A stretch of 59,194 nt of DNA, filler included. It is 4 parts of 4 records of this genome, joined end to end, with 100 filler letters (N's around TTAATTAATTAA, not from the genome) between each part and the next. Parts side by side here need not be neighbours in the genome. Positions count along the whole stretch, not along the records: positions 46,956 to 59,194 come from SRR31147125_4366; 3 more parts are not named here. One strand, 5' to 3'. The position numbers and the translations under genes are program-made. This document shows, piece by piece, positions 51,008 through 59,194 of the stretch. Within the stretch, counting starts at the first letter, position 1; the number at the start of each line of letters is the position of its first letter. A model generated the notes under the pieces. That model did not search any database, had not been told where the DNA came from, and saw only the letters and a program-made list of their open reading frames with translations.

Positions 51008-52156
51008 GAGCGGGGGTGTAATTGTAAGTAACAAACTTATAGAACACTTAAATAACAAATATGATCTCACAATAGCCTGTCTATTAAAGCCTGGAGATGA
51101 AATAAACATTAAGAAGTTCGTTAGTAATTATCAACTACAAAATAAGTTTATCTCTGAAAACCAATATAGAGAAAAAACACTTACAAATTTTTTAAAAGTT
51201 TCCTCTTTGGTAAACCTCTAAGTATATTTAGAAATTGGAATAAAAACATTTATAGAAAAATAGAACAAGTTATTAGCAACTATGAGTATGTTGTTATCGA
51301 TCATTTTTTGATGTATCAATATATTCCATCCAATTTTCAAGGAAAAATTATCTTTCACACACACAATGCAGAATATATTATGTGGAGAAGATTTGCTAGT
51401 CAAGAAAAGAACCTTCTAAAAAAAATGGCTATTATCCTTGAATCCAAAAGGATAAAACTCTACGAAAAAATAATAATAAATAACTCAGATAGCGTTTTTT
51501 GTATTGCATCAAATGATGTTACCGCATATAAAATGATTACGAAACAGCATGGAAAAATACATTTACTATCTCCTCCAGGCGACATTAATCTTTTAAGCCT
51601 TCCTCCATTAGATTTTATAGAAACTGAAGACTCAATTCTATTTATTGGGACATTGAGTTGGAATGCCAACGCTGATGGAATTAAATGGTTCATAACATCC
51701 TGCTGGTCTAAACTAAAAACAAGTCAGCCCCAGATAAAACTATACATAGTTGGAAGCAACCCTAGCGTTGAGCTAATTGAACTAGCTCAATTATACGAAG
51801 ATGTTATTGTAACAGGGTTCGTCGATAATTTGGAAGAATATTATTCAAAATCTAAGGTATTTATCTCTCCTTTAAGATATGGTAGTGGGATAAAAATAAA
51901 AAATATAAATGCAATGTATCGGGGTATTCCTCTAGTAACAACCAATGTTGGGATTGAAGGAATTAATGGCATACAAAGAAAGAATTGTATTATCGCCAAC
52001 AACGAGACTGAGTTTATCAATGGAATTGCTGATATTATTAGTAATAAAAATCTCTTTATGAAGCTATCAGTAGAATCACGAAAACTTTTTGAAGATTGTA
52101 ATGCAGTGAAAACACCCTATATAGAACTTGATAACTATATTATTAATGGTAAATGA
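50962..52156 (+). CDS. Glycosyltransferase family 4, split by two frameshifts (about 51000 and 51194-51197)
   Basis: Reconstructed MRKIMFLTPQLPFPPKSGG...HTHNAE...NADGIKWF...PLRYGSGIKIK. Confidence 0.8.
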
Positions 52157-52868
52157 AATAATTTTTGCTGGCCTTTCATTTAAAGGTCTTTCTAAACAAG
52201 ATATTTTGGAGTCAGTTTCTGACTTTAAACACATAGTTACTCTAAATGCAGAATATATTGTAAAAGCTCAGAAAGATGAGAAATTAAAAAAGATAATAAA
52301 TAATAATTTATCTACTTTTGATGGTCAAGTCCCTTATTTTTTTGCAAAAATCAGATATCGCAATCTTAAATTTGAGAAAATTTCCGGATCTGATTTCATT
52401 TATGATGCTTGTCAATTTGCAAAAATCAATAATAAGAAAGTCTTTTTATTGGGTGGAAAACAATTTGCAAATAGTAAATCAATCTCTACTCTTGAAAAAC
52501 GATTTGGCATTTCAATAGATGGGTTTTCTCCAGAATATAAAAAATATCCATTTAAAAAGAATCATAATGATAAAATATTACATCAAATATTCCTTTCCAG
52601 ACCACAAATCCTTTTTGTAGGATTTGGAGCTGTTAAACAAGATTATTGGATCGAAGACAATAAGACTGTATTAAAAAGTATAGGAGTTGAACTAGCCATT
52701 GGATGTGGTGGCACATTTGAGTTTGTTGCTGGTGAAATAAAAAGAGCACCTAAACTAATTCAAAGAATGGGACTGGAGGGAGTTTATCGTTTTATTCAAG
52801 AACCTAAATATTTTAGATTAAAAAGGTTAATCATTAGTTTGAGAGTACTATTGTATATATTCAAATAA
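52146..52868 (+). CDS. WecB/TagA/CpsF family glycosyltransferase
   Basis: VTLNAE, FDGQ, KISGSD, GCGGTFEF, RAPKLIQRMGLEGVYRFIQEP. Confidence 0.9.
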   Translation: MVNEIIFAGLSFKGLSKQDILESVSDFKHIVTLNAEYIVKAQKDEKLKKIINNNLSTFDGQVPYFFAKIRYRNLKFEKISGSDFIYDACQFAKINNKKVFLLGGKQFANSKSISTLEKRFGISIDGFSPEYKKYPFKKNHNDKILHQIFLSRPQILFVGFGAVKQDYWIEDNKTVLKSIGVELAIGCGGTFEFVAGEIKRAPKLIQRMGLEGVYRFIQEPKYFRLKRLIISLRVLLYIFK

Positions 52869-52916
52869 TCTTACTTACTCACCCCTCCCTACTTCAAATA
52901 CAACCCAAGAAATAAC

Positions 52917-52936
52917 AAAGGCCCTTTCGGGCCTTT
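52917..52936. terminator. Intrinsic terminator between convergent genes
   Basis: AAAGGCCC-TTTC-GGGCCTTT. Confidence 0.8.
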
Positions 52937-52957
52937 ACTAATTTTAACTATTGCGAA

Positions 52958-53626
52958 TTACGAGCTTACTTTTTTTCGTCCTGAGTAATCAACAATAATC
53001 CGGGCATTTTTATACTGCTGGTAAAAATCGGCTTGAACAAACTGGTATGGAAGCAATAATGCATCAATTTCTTCTCGCAATAACTTATCGGTGTCTTTAA
53101 TAAGTGCCCCAATATTTTGGGTCGAGTTTTTCCTACTACTTGCTGCTACCCTGTTTTTAGGTATTTTCACTTTAAACTGAACTAATTTTTGGTTTAAGGC
53201 ATCCAGTTCGTTTTGCCCAACGAAATATATATCTAGCTGCCCATTTAATGGCAATGCCAGTTGATAAAGCAACGTGCCAATATCATATAAAACCGGATCG
53301 GAAGAACGGTTTAAGCGAGAAGGCGTGTAGTAAGATTTCTTCTTAAGGTCGAGATTATCGTTACTTGTTGCATAAGCTGTTAGTGCAGCAGAAATACGAA
53401 GAATTAACAGGGTAAGTTCCTCACGCTCCTGCTCTTTTTCAATTGTTAAACCCGAAGTTGCCTGTTCCTGAATTTGTCGGTATTGCTCAATAGCTGAAAG
53501 CTTATCTTTTAAAGCCTGATGTTTGGTTTTTATAACCTCTGAGCTTTCAAATAAGCTGGCAAAATTGTCGAGCACTAAACTGGCGGATTGATACATCCTG
53601 ATTTTGTTAATCTGATTTAAGTTCAT
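52958..53626 (-). CDS. Hypothetical alpha-helical protein (222 aa)
   Basis: Long ORF, AT-rich upstream region, no TM or signal peptide, amphipathic helices, C-terminal FYQQYKNARIIVD; ends at a terminator. Confidence 0.8.
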   Translation of the reverse strand: MNLNQINKIRMYQSASLVLDNFASLFESSEVIKTKHQALKDKLSAIEQYRQIQEQATSGLTIEKEQEREELTLLILRISAALTAYATSNDNLDLKKKSYYTPSRLNRSSDPVLYDIGTLLYQLALPLNGQLDIYFVGQNELDALNQKLVQFKVKIPKNRVAASSRKNSTQNIGALIKDTDKLLREEIDALLLPYQFVQADFYQQYKNARIIVDYSGRKKVSS

Positions 53627-53960
53627 AATTTTTAAATTTAACTGTTACAAACCCCTGGCTCAAGAACTATCAAGTTCAGAAAAAGCATTTTGAAGTAATA
53701 ATTTCTTACTTTTTTACTGCCTGTAATATTGAAAACATGATTGCAATGAAAGCTAGGGGCATTATTTTAATTTTTAGATACTGATACTAAAATATAAAAT
53801 CTTATTTAACATCGCAACGTTTTTTAAAATTTTCTCTCTGCCTATTCCTTTAATGCAGAATAAATATAATTTACTGACATGCAGAATATTACACAACCTA
53901 AGCATTTATGTTGCAATTGTATTTATTTTTATTTTCAACATAAAAGAAGAGTATGAAAGT

Positions 53961-54128
53961 TTAAAATAGAATGAAGATGTACAATTGAAATATGCACTGC
54001 TAAAAAAGTAATATGAATGAAGAGAGATGTTGTTTTAATAAGTCAAAACTGACAATGAATCATCTTAAATTTAATTTGAACCAATTAAAACTGTCATTGA
54101 AGCAGACTAAATACACATTGCATAGTCG
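53961..54128. repeat. Degenerate 21-bp-period array (8 units)
   Basis: TG(A/C)A at 53972, 53993, 54014, 54056, 54077, 54098, 54119 (TTAA at 54035); AAA at unit positions 2-4 in five units. Confidence 0.65.
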
Positions 54129-54210
54129 ATATTGATGTTTGCGCCAGTCGTATATCCTTCCCGGCAACTTAAAGTAAGCTCACAAAGGCTTTAGCAGCCA
54201 TGCTATCACC

Positions 54211-54433
54211 CGCCGGAGTGGATATGTTATCCACACCTTTTAATGTTGGATTTGTAATCCCAAATACTATAAGATTAATACTGCCTCGAATCTCAAATAA
54301 AAAGAACTAACTTCATGATATGGGAATCCCCTAGCTACTGCACGAATCCTTTCGTGTGGTTTTGCCATCGGCTAAAATATTCTTAAAACTATTAATTAAA
54401 GAACCACGAGATACAATCTCGCGGGAGCACGGG
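54211..54433. repeat. Cluster of REP-like hairpins including an inverted pair
   Basis: GTGGAT/ATCCAC 54218-54234; GGATT/AATCC 54248-54260; CACGAA/TTCGTG 54341-54356; CGAGAT/ATCTCG 54407-54421. Confidence 0.6.
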
Positions 54434-54490
54434 AACAAAGGATTGGAAATTTACAGCTGGTGTTTGATAAGCAATCATCTGCATTAGCTT
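54434..54490 (+). mobile_element. Remnant of a REP-associated / IS200-like Y1 tyrosine transposase (HUH motif)
   Basis: Translates NKGLEIYSWCLISNHLH*L, matching the KGLxIYAWCxMSNHxHL stretch of RAYT/TnpA; directly next to the REP-like hairpins. Confidence 0.65.
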
Positions 54491-54583
54491 GACTAGCCAT
54501 CACCGTCATTTCAGGGCTATTCTACCTTAAAAGCAACTGCCTCATATCCGGGAAAAAAGTTGAAACTTCAATAAATTGAAATT

Positions 54584-54618
54584 AACCGATAACTGAAAAC
54601 CGACAACCGATAACCAAT
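54584..54618. repeat. 7-bp tandem repeat (5 copies)
   Basis: AACCGAT AACTGAA AACCGAC AACCGAT AACCAAT. Confidence 0.8.
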
Positions 54619-54695
54619 ATTCCAGAATAGTTGAGAATCTCGCTTGCAACCGTTAAATTAGTCAGCAAATACACAACTTCTAAAAAACAACATTA

Positions 54696-57565
54696 ATGTC
54701 TATCATAAAACATCTGCTTTCATTGCCTCCCAAACTGGTAAATACATTTAAATCAATACATGAAGGGGATAGCTCAAGCTTCTTCTGTGCCTCAGACCCG
54801 GTTGGAAACCGTGTAGGCTCTGGGGGTGGTACTTCCTGGCTGCTATCACAATGCTGGCAGAATGAAGCAAACAAGAAACCATTTAGTAACTGGTTAGCAA
54901 AAGAAAAGCGCATTCTTATTCATGCAGGAGGTCAAAGCCGCAGGTTACCTGCTTATGCACCACTTGGGAAAATACTTACACCCATTCCGGTTTTTAGGTG
55001 GGAACGTGGGCAAAGGTTAAACCAAACCTTGCTCGATCTTCAGTCTCCGCTCTATCAAAAAATAATTTCATCGGCACCTCCACAAGTCAACACCCTTATT
55101 GCCAGTGGCGATGTGCTTGTTCTGAATAATCAACCTCTGGCTCCAATTCCCGATGCAGATGTAATTTGTTACGGACTTTGGGTAAATCCTGATTTGGCTT
55201 CACGACACGGCGTGTTTGTGTGCGACAAACACCAGCCACAGAAACTGCTTCAAATGCTTCAAAAGCCATCTGAAAACCAGCTCAGGGATATTGCTACCAG
55301 GCATTTATTCTTAATGGATATTGGAATATGGCTATTAAGCGATAAAGCCGTTAATCTTCTCATGAAAAAATCGGGTTATAACAACGGTGAGCAACCAGCA
55401 AACCCAGATTTTTACGACCTGTATTCTCAGTTTGGACTCTCATTAGGAAATACCCCAACTGCTGAAGATGATGAACTAAGCAAACTCAAAGTAGCTATCA
55501 TTCCACTCGAAGGTGGGGAATTTTATCACTATGGAACAAGCAAAGAGCTTATTTCATCAACCTTATCCATTCAGAACCGGGTGAATGATCAACGCTCAAT
55601 CCTACATAAAGACATCAAACCACATCCGTCCATGTTTATTCAAAATGCAGTTGCAAAGATTAAACTGGAAGAACACATGCAAAACCTGTGGATTGAAAAT
55701 AGTTTTATTGGTTCAGAATGGAAATTGAACAACAACCATGTAATTACTGGTGTTCCGGAGAATAATTGGAAACTGGAATTGCCCGCTAGCGTTTGTCTGG
55801 ATATTGCTCCAATCGGTGAATCTCAATACTGCATCCGCCCTTATCATATTGAAGATAAGTTTAGCGGAAGAATTGGAGACGAAAAAACACAACTGCTTCA
55901 CCAATCAGTTAAAAGCTGGCTGAAACAACGCAACATCACATTTGAAGAGAGCGGGCTTGATCCAAATACCGATATTCAGGAAGCAGCTCTATTTCCGGTT
56001 TGTACTGAAAATGAACTTCATTCTGAGTATGTAAATTGGTTACTGGCTGGAACTAAAAATTCGGAATACAAGAATCAGTGGATTCAGCAAAAAGATTATC
56101 GGCATCTGAAATATCTGATCTATCCAATCAAAACAGGTCTCGTGATCAAAGAATTAATTTTCGAAACCTAAACTGGCCTTCATTAAAAAAGAATTCCAAA
56201 CACAGTGTATTCTACCAATTGAATCTGGATCATGCTGCAAAGGACTTTGCAAAGCATAAACTTCAGCTAACTCCTGTTTCAGAAGAAGAAATGAATCCTC
56301 AACTGAAGCTTAGCGAGAAAATGTTTCAAGCCCGGATAAACCAATATAAAGGCTTAGACTATTCAAAGCCTGAATCGGAAGCCTTTGACATTTTGCGCAA
56401 TACCATATTGGAATCGTTTAATCAACAGCAGTCAATACCACAACTAAATGTTTTCCCCGATCAAATTGTATGGGGCAGAAGCCCGGTTCGTATTGATATT
56501 GCAGGAGGCTGGACAGACACGCCTCCTTATTGTATGTTTGAAGGTGGGAAGGTGGTAAATCTTGCCATTAATCTAAACGGGCAACCGCCATTGCAAGCCT
56601 ATATAAAACCCTGTAAGGAATACAAAATCATTATCCGTTCCATTGATCTTGGTACAAGAGAAGTAATCTCCAATTGGAACGAGTTGGGAAACTATAATCA
56701 AATTGGTTCACCATTCTCAATTCCTAAAGCTGCTCTTTGCCTGGCTGGTTTTTTGCCCAAATTTTCGGCACAACAGTTTGCATCTCTTGAAAATCAGCTC
56801 AGGGAATTTGGCTGTGGCATTGAAATAACCATGCTCGCAGCAATACCAAAAGGCTCAGGACTAGGGACTAGCTCTGCTCTTGCGGCTACTGTACTAGGTA
56901 CTTTATCTGAATTTTGTGGATTAAACTGGGACCATTCAAAAATTTGCATGTACACACTTGTTCTGGAGCAACTACTAACCTCTGGTGGAGGTTGGCAAGA
57001 CCAGTTTGGCTCTGTTCTACCTGGAATAAAATTACTTGAAACAACTGCTGGCTTTAATCAGCAACCGAGTGTTAAATGGGCTCCAGACTATTTGTTTTCA
57101 GACTATCAGCATAAATCGTGTATGCTTTTATACTACACAGGCATTACACGCACTGCTAAAAATATACTCTCTGAAATTGTTCGGGAAATGTTTTTAAATG
57201 CAACTGAACATTTGGACATACTTTCTGAAATGAAACAACATGCCCTATTCACATTTAATGCTTTGCAGAAAAACAGCTTTGATGATTTTGCAGCTTGTGT
57301 TGCTAAAACCTGGGAGCAAAACAAACGCATTGATAAAGGAACAAATCCGCCCGAAATTGAACAATTAATCAAACAGTTTGATGATCTAGCGGCAGGCTAT
57401 AAACTTCCTGGTGCTGGTGGTGGTGGTTATATGTACATTATTGCCAAAGACCCCGAGGCTGCAGTACGAATTAAAAAACAACTGAGCGAAAACCCGCCAA
57501 ATGAAAATGCCCGCTTTGTTTCCATGGATCTTTCACAAACCGGTTTTCAGGTTACACGATCATAA
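54696..57565 (+). CDS. fkp: Bifunctional L-fucokinase / fucose-1-phosphate guanylyltransferase, split by a frameshift at A5 56089-56093
   Basis: N-part SDPVGNRVGSGGGT, HAGGQSRRLPAY; C-part GHMP kinase PVRIDIAGGWTDTPPY, PKGSGLGTSS, GAGGGG; one extra A gives WIQQKRLSASE. Confidence 0.92.
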
Positions 57566-57590
57566 ATGAAAAGATTTGTATCTTTGATTT

Positions 57591-57878
57591 ATGCGACTTA
57601 AGCCTGAAATAAAATCGTTTATAAAGGAAAAAGCTAAGGACTTATTTCCAGATGCAACTCTATATTTATTTGGGTCCAGGCTACATGACGATCAGTCGGG
57701 AGGTGACATAGACATTCTTGTTTTGTCTGAGAATCAAATCGATAAAAAGAAAGTGCGAATTTTCAGGCGAGATTTCTTTAAGCAATTTGGGTGGCAAAAA
57801 ATCGATTTGGTAAATTTCACCTACAAGGAAGAATCAACATTTAAGCAGCTTATTATCCAAGAAGCCCAGTTATTATGA
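57591..57878 (+). CDS. Minimal nucleotidyltransferase (MNT antitoxin)
   Basis: YLFGSR...GGDIDILV, KIDLV; 95 aa; ATGA overlap with the HEPN gene. Confidence 0.88.
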   Translation: MRLKPEIKSFIKEKAKDLFPDATLYLFGSRLHDDQSGGDIDILVLSENQIDKKKVRIFRRDFFKQFGWQKIDLVNFTYKEESTFKQLIIQEAQLL

Positions 57879-58335
57879 GCAAGCAAAAGAAGATTTATTG
57901 ATTAAATTATTAACCGAAGAAATTGATCTGCTTAATCGATCTGTTGAGACGCTTCTTTTATCTGTTGAGAAATGTGAAAAGATATCAATTACTGGTGATA
58001 TAACTTTTGAACAAATGGAGTCATTCGATTCTTTGACTTCCAAGTTTGGGCGTACATCAGACCTTTTTACCCAAAAAATTTTACGAACGATATGGATGTT
58101 GCTCCATGAGCCTTTTGTCCCATTCATTGATCTTCTCAACAAAGCGGATAAGATGAGACTAATTAGTTCTGCTGATCAGATGATTGATATTCGTGATTTG
58201 AGAAATCAAATAGCTCATGAATATATCCCTGAAGCGATCACTCAACTTGTTCCTGATGTTCTTGAGAGTTCTAAACTGCTCACCAATAATATTAAATCTA
58301 CAAGAGAGTTTATATCTAAGAGAAATTGGATATAA
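57875..58335 (+). CDS. HEPN-domain toxin (nucleotidyltransferase substrate-binding family)
   Basis: RNQIAHEY (Rx4H followed by EY). Probable start ATG 57875 needs one extra A at 57881-57882; otherwise TTG 57898. Confidence 0.82.
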
Positions 58336-58336
58336 T

Positions 58337-58369
58337 AAAAAAGAGGAAACTCTGAATCGCTTCCTCTTC
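58337..58369. terminator. Probable terminator between HEPN and peptidase genes
   Basis: AAGAGGAA...TTCCTCTT stem preceded by an A-run (a U-tail on the minus strand). Confidence 0.55.
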
Positions 58370-58391
58370 TCAATATTCTGTAATATATCAC

Positions 58392-59194
58392 TTAATTCTT
58401 TAATCCACTTCTTTCCAGTAAAGCATCAACAGTTGGCTCTTGTCCACGGAATCGCTTATAAAGGGTCATTGGATGTTCGCTTCCACCTTTTTCCAGTACA
58501 TTTACTCGGAATGAATCGGCCGTTTTTTTATCGAAAATTCCATTTTCCTTAAATGCGGCAAAGGCATCAGCATCGAGCACCTCAGCCCATTTATAACTGT
58601 AGTATCCGGCAGAATATCCACCTGCAAAAATATGCGAGAATGAAGTACTCATAATACTGCCCTCTACAGGTTCAAATAATTCTGTTTTAGCCATCGCCTT
58701 TGTTTCCAATTCTGCTGGTTTAATATCCAGTGGCTTCGTTTTATCATGATATGCCATATCTAACATCCCAAAGCTTAATTGTCTTTCCGACATGTAACCC
58801 GATTGGAAATTCTTGGCAGCAACAATCTTCTTAATCAACCCGGCAGGAATTTTCTCGCCAGTTTCATAATGTACCGCAAACAAATCCAACCATTCCTTTT
58901 CATAAGCCCAATTTTCATGGATTTGTGAAGGTAGTTCTACAAAGTCCCAAAATACACTAGTACCCGATGTACTTGCATACTGGCACTTACTTAACATGCC
59001 ATGCAAGCCATGTCCAAACTCATGCAAAAAGGTAGTCACTTCATCAAATGTTAGCAATGATGGAGCAGTATCTGTTGGCTTGGTAAAATTGGTTACAATG
59101 CTCACATGCGGACGAACATCCTTCCCATCTTCCAGCCATTGTCCTCTATATTCAGTCATCCAAGCTCCCGAACGTTTTCCATCTCGTGGAAAAA
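58392..59194 (-). CDS. dcp: M3 family metallopeptidase (peptidyl-dipeptidase Dcp/oligopeptidase A-like), 5'-truncated
   Basis: FLHEFGHGLH, WDFVELPSQ, FSHIFAGGYSAGYYSYKWAEVLDADAF. Confidence 0.9.
   Translation of the reverse strand, partial: FPRDGKRSGAWMTEYRGQWLEDGKDVRPHVSIVTNFTKPTDTAPSLLTFDEVTTFLHEFGHGLHGMLSKCQYASTSGTSVFWDFVELPSQIHENWAYEKEWLDLFAVHYETGEKIPAGLIKKIVAAKNFQSGYMSERQLSFGMLDMAYHDKTKPLDIKPAELETKAMAKTELFEPVEGSIMSTSFSHIFAGGYSAGYYSYKWAEVLDADAFAAFKENGIFDKKTADSFRVNVLEKGGSEHPMTLYKRFRGQEPTVDALLERSGLKN

Noticed and set aside
50772..51221. 149-aa ORF as an independent gene
   Set aside because: It is a chimera of the Wzy C-terminus and the GT4 N-terminal region created by frameshifts.
44612..52868. 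One continuous giant polysaccharide locus spanning contigs 3 and 4
   Set aside because: Separated by an artificial spacer, on opposite strands, with different composition and redundant wzx/wzy/WecB genes.
53961..54128. CRISPR array interpretation of the periodic region
   Set aside because: Period of 21 nt with only a few conserved bases; no direct repeat of CRISPR length and no cas genes.
54116..54205. Minus-strand peptide AKAFVSLL/GYTTGANINID resembling an SDR C-terminus
   Set aside because: Too short, needs a frameshift and overlaps other repeats; cannot be supported without a search.

Overview
The window is four unrelated contigs joined by artificial 100-nt spacers (N44-TTAATTAATTAA-N44 at 13394-13493, 28055-28154 and 46856-46955), so gene context must not be read across them. 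Contig 1 (1-13393, AT-rich bacterium) carries abgT, a PlsC-like acyltransferase, a THUMP RNA methyltransferase, TauE, a secreted transglutaminase-like protein, a TPS/TPP-fusion + treT trehalose operon, an MFS transporter and an ECF sigma/anti-sigma triad. Contig 2 (13494-28054, spirochaete-like by protein style) carries codA-xanthine/aldehyde oxidoreductase, surface lipoproteins, AraC-GyrI + TrmO-like genes, vapBC, and a FadR-regulated operon of TctCBA, an MtaA/UROD-like protein and two non-DapA aldolases. Contig 3 (28155-46855) is a Wzy-type exopolysaccharide cluster with a carbamoyltransferase, an ArnT/PMT-like transferase, a Thr-type sulfatase-like enzyme and a secreted beta-propeller. Contig 4 (46956-59194, Bacteroidota-like) holds the end of a polysaccharide cluster, an orphan 222-aa gene, a 1-kb intergenic region, fkp, an MNT-HEPN pair and an M3 peptidase. 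That intergenic region contains a candidate structured leader, a 21-bp phased array, REP-like hairpins with a RAYT HUH remnant, and a 7-bp repeat. Eight genes are split at homopolymer or short single-base runs, most likely sequencing errors. No rRNA, tRNA or CRISPR array was seen. The best candidates for undescribed systems are the TTT/methyltransferase/aldolase catabolic operon and the 222-aa gene with its phased 21-bp array.
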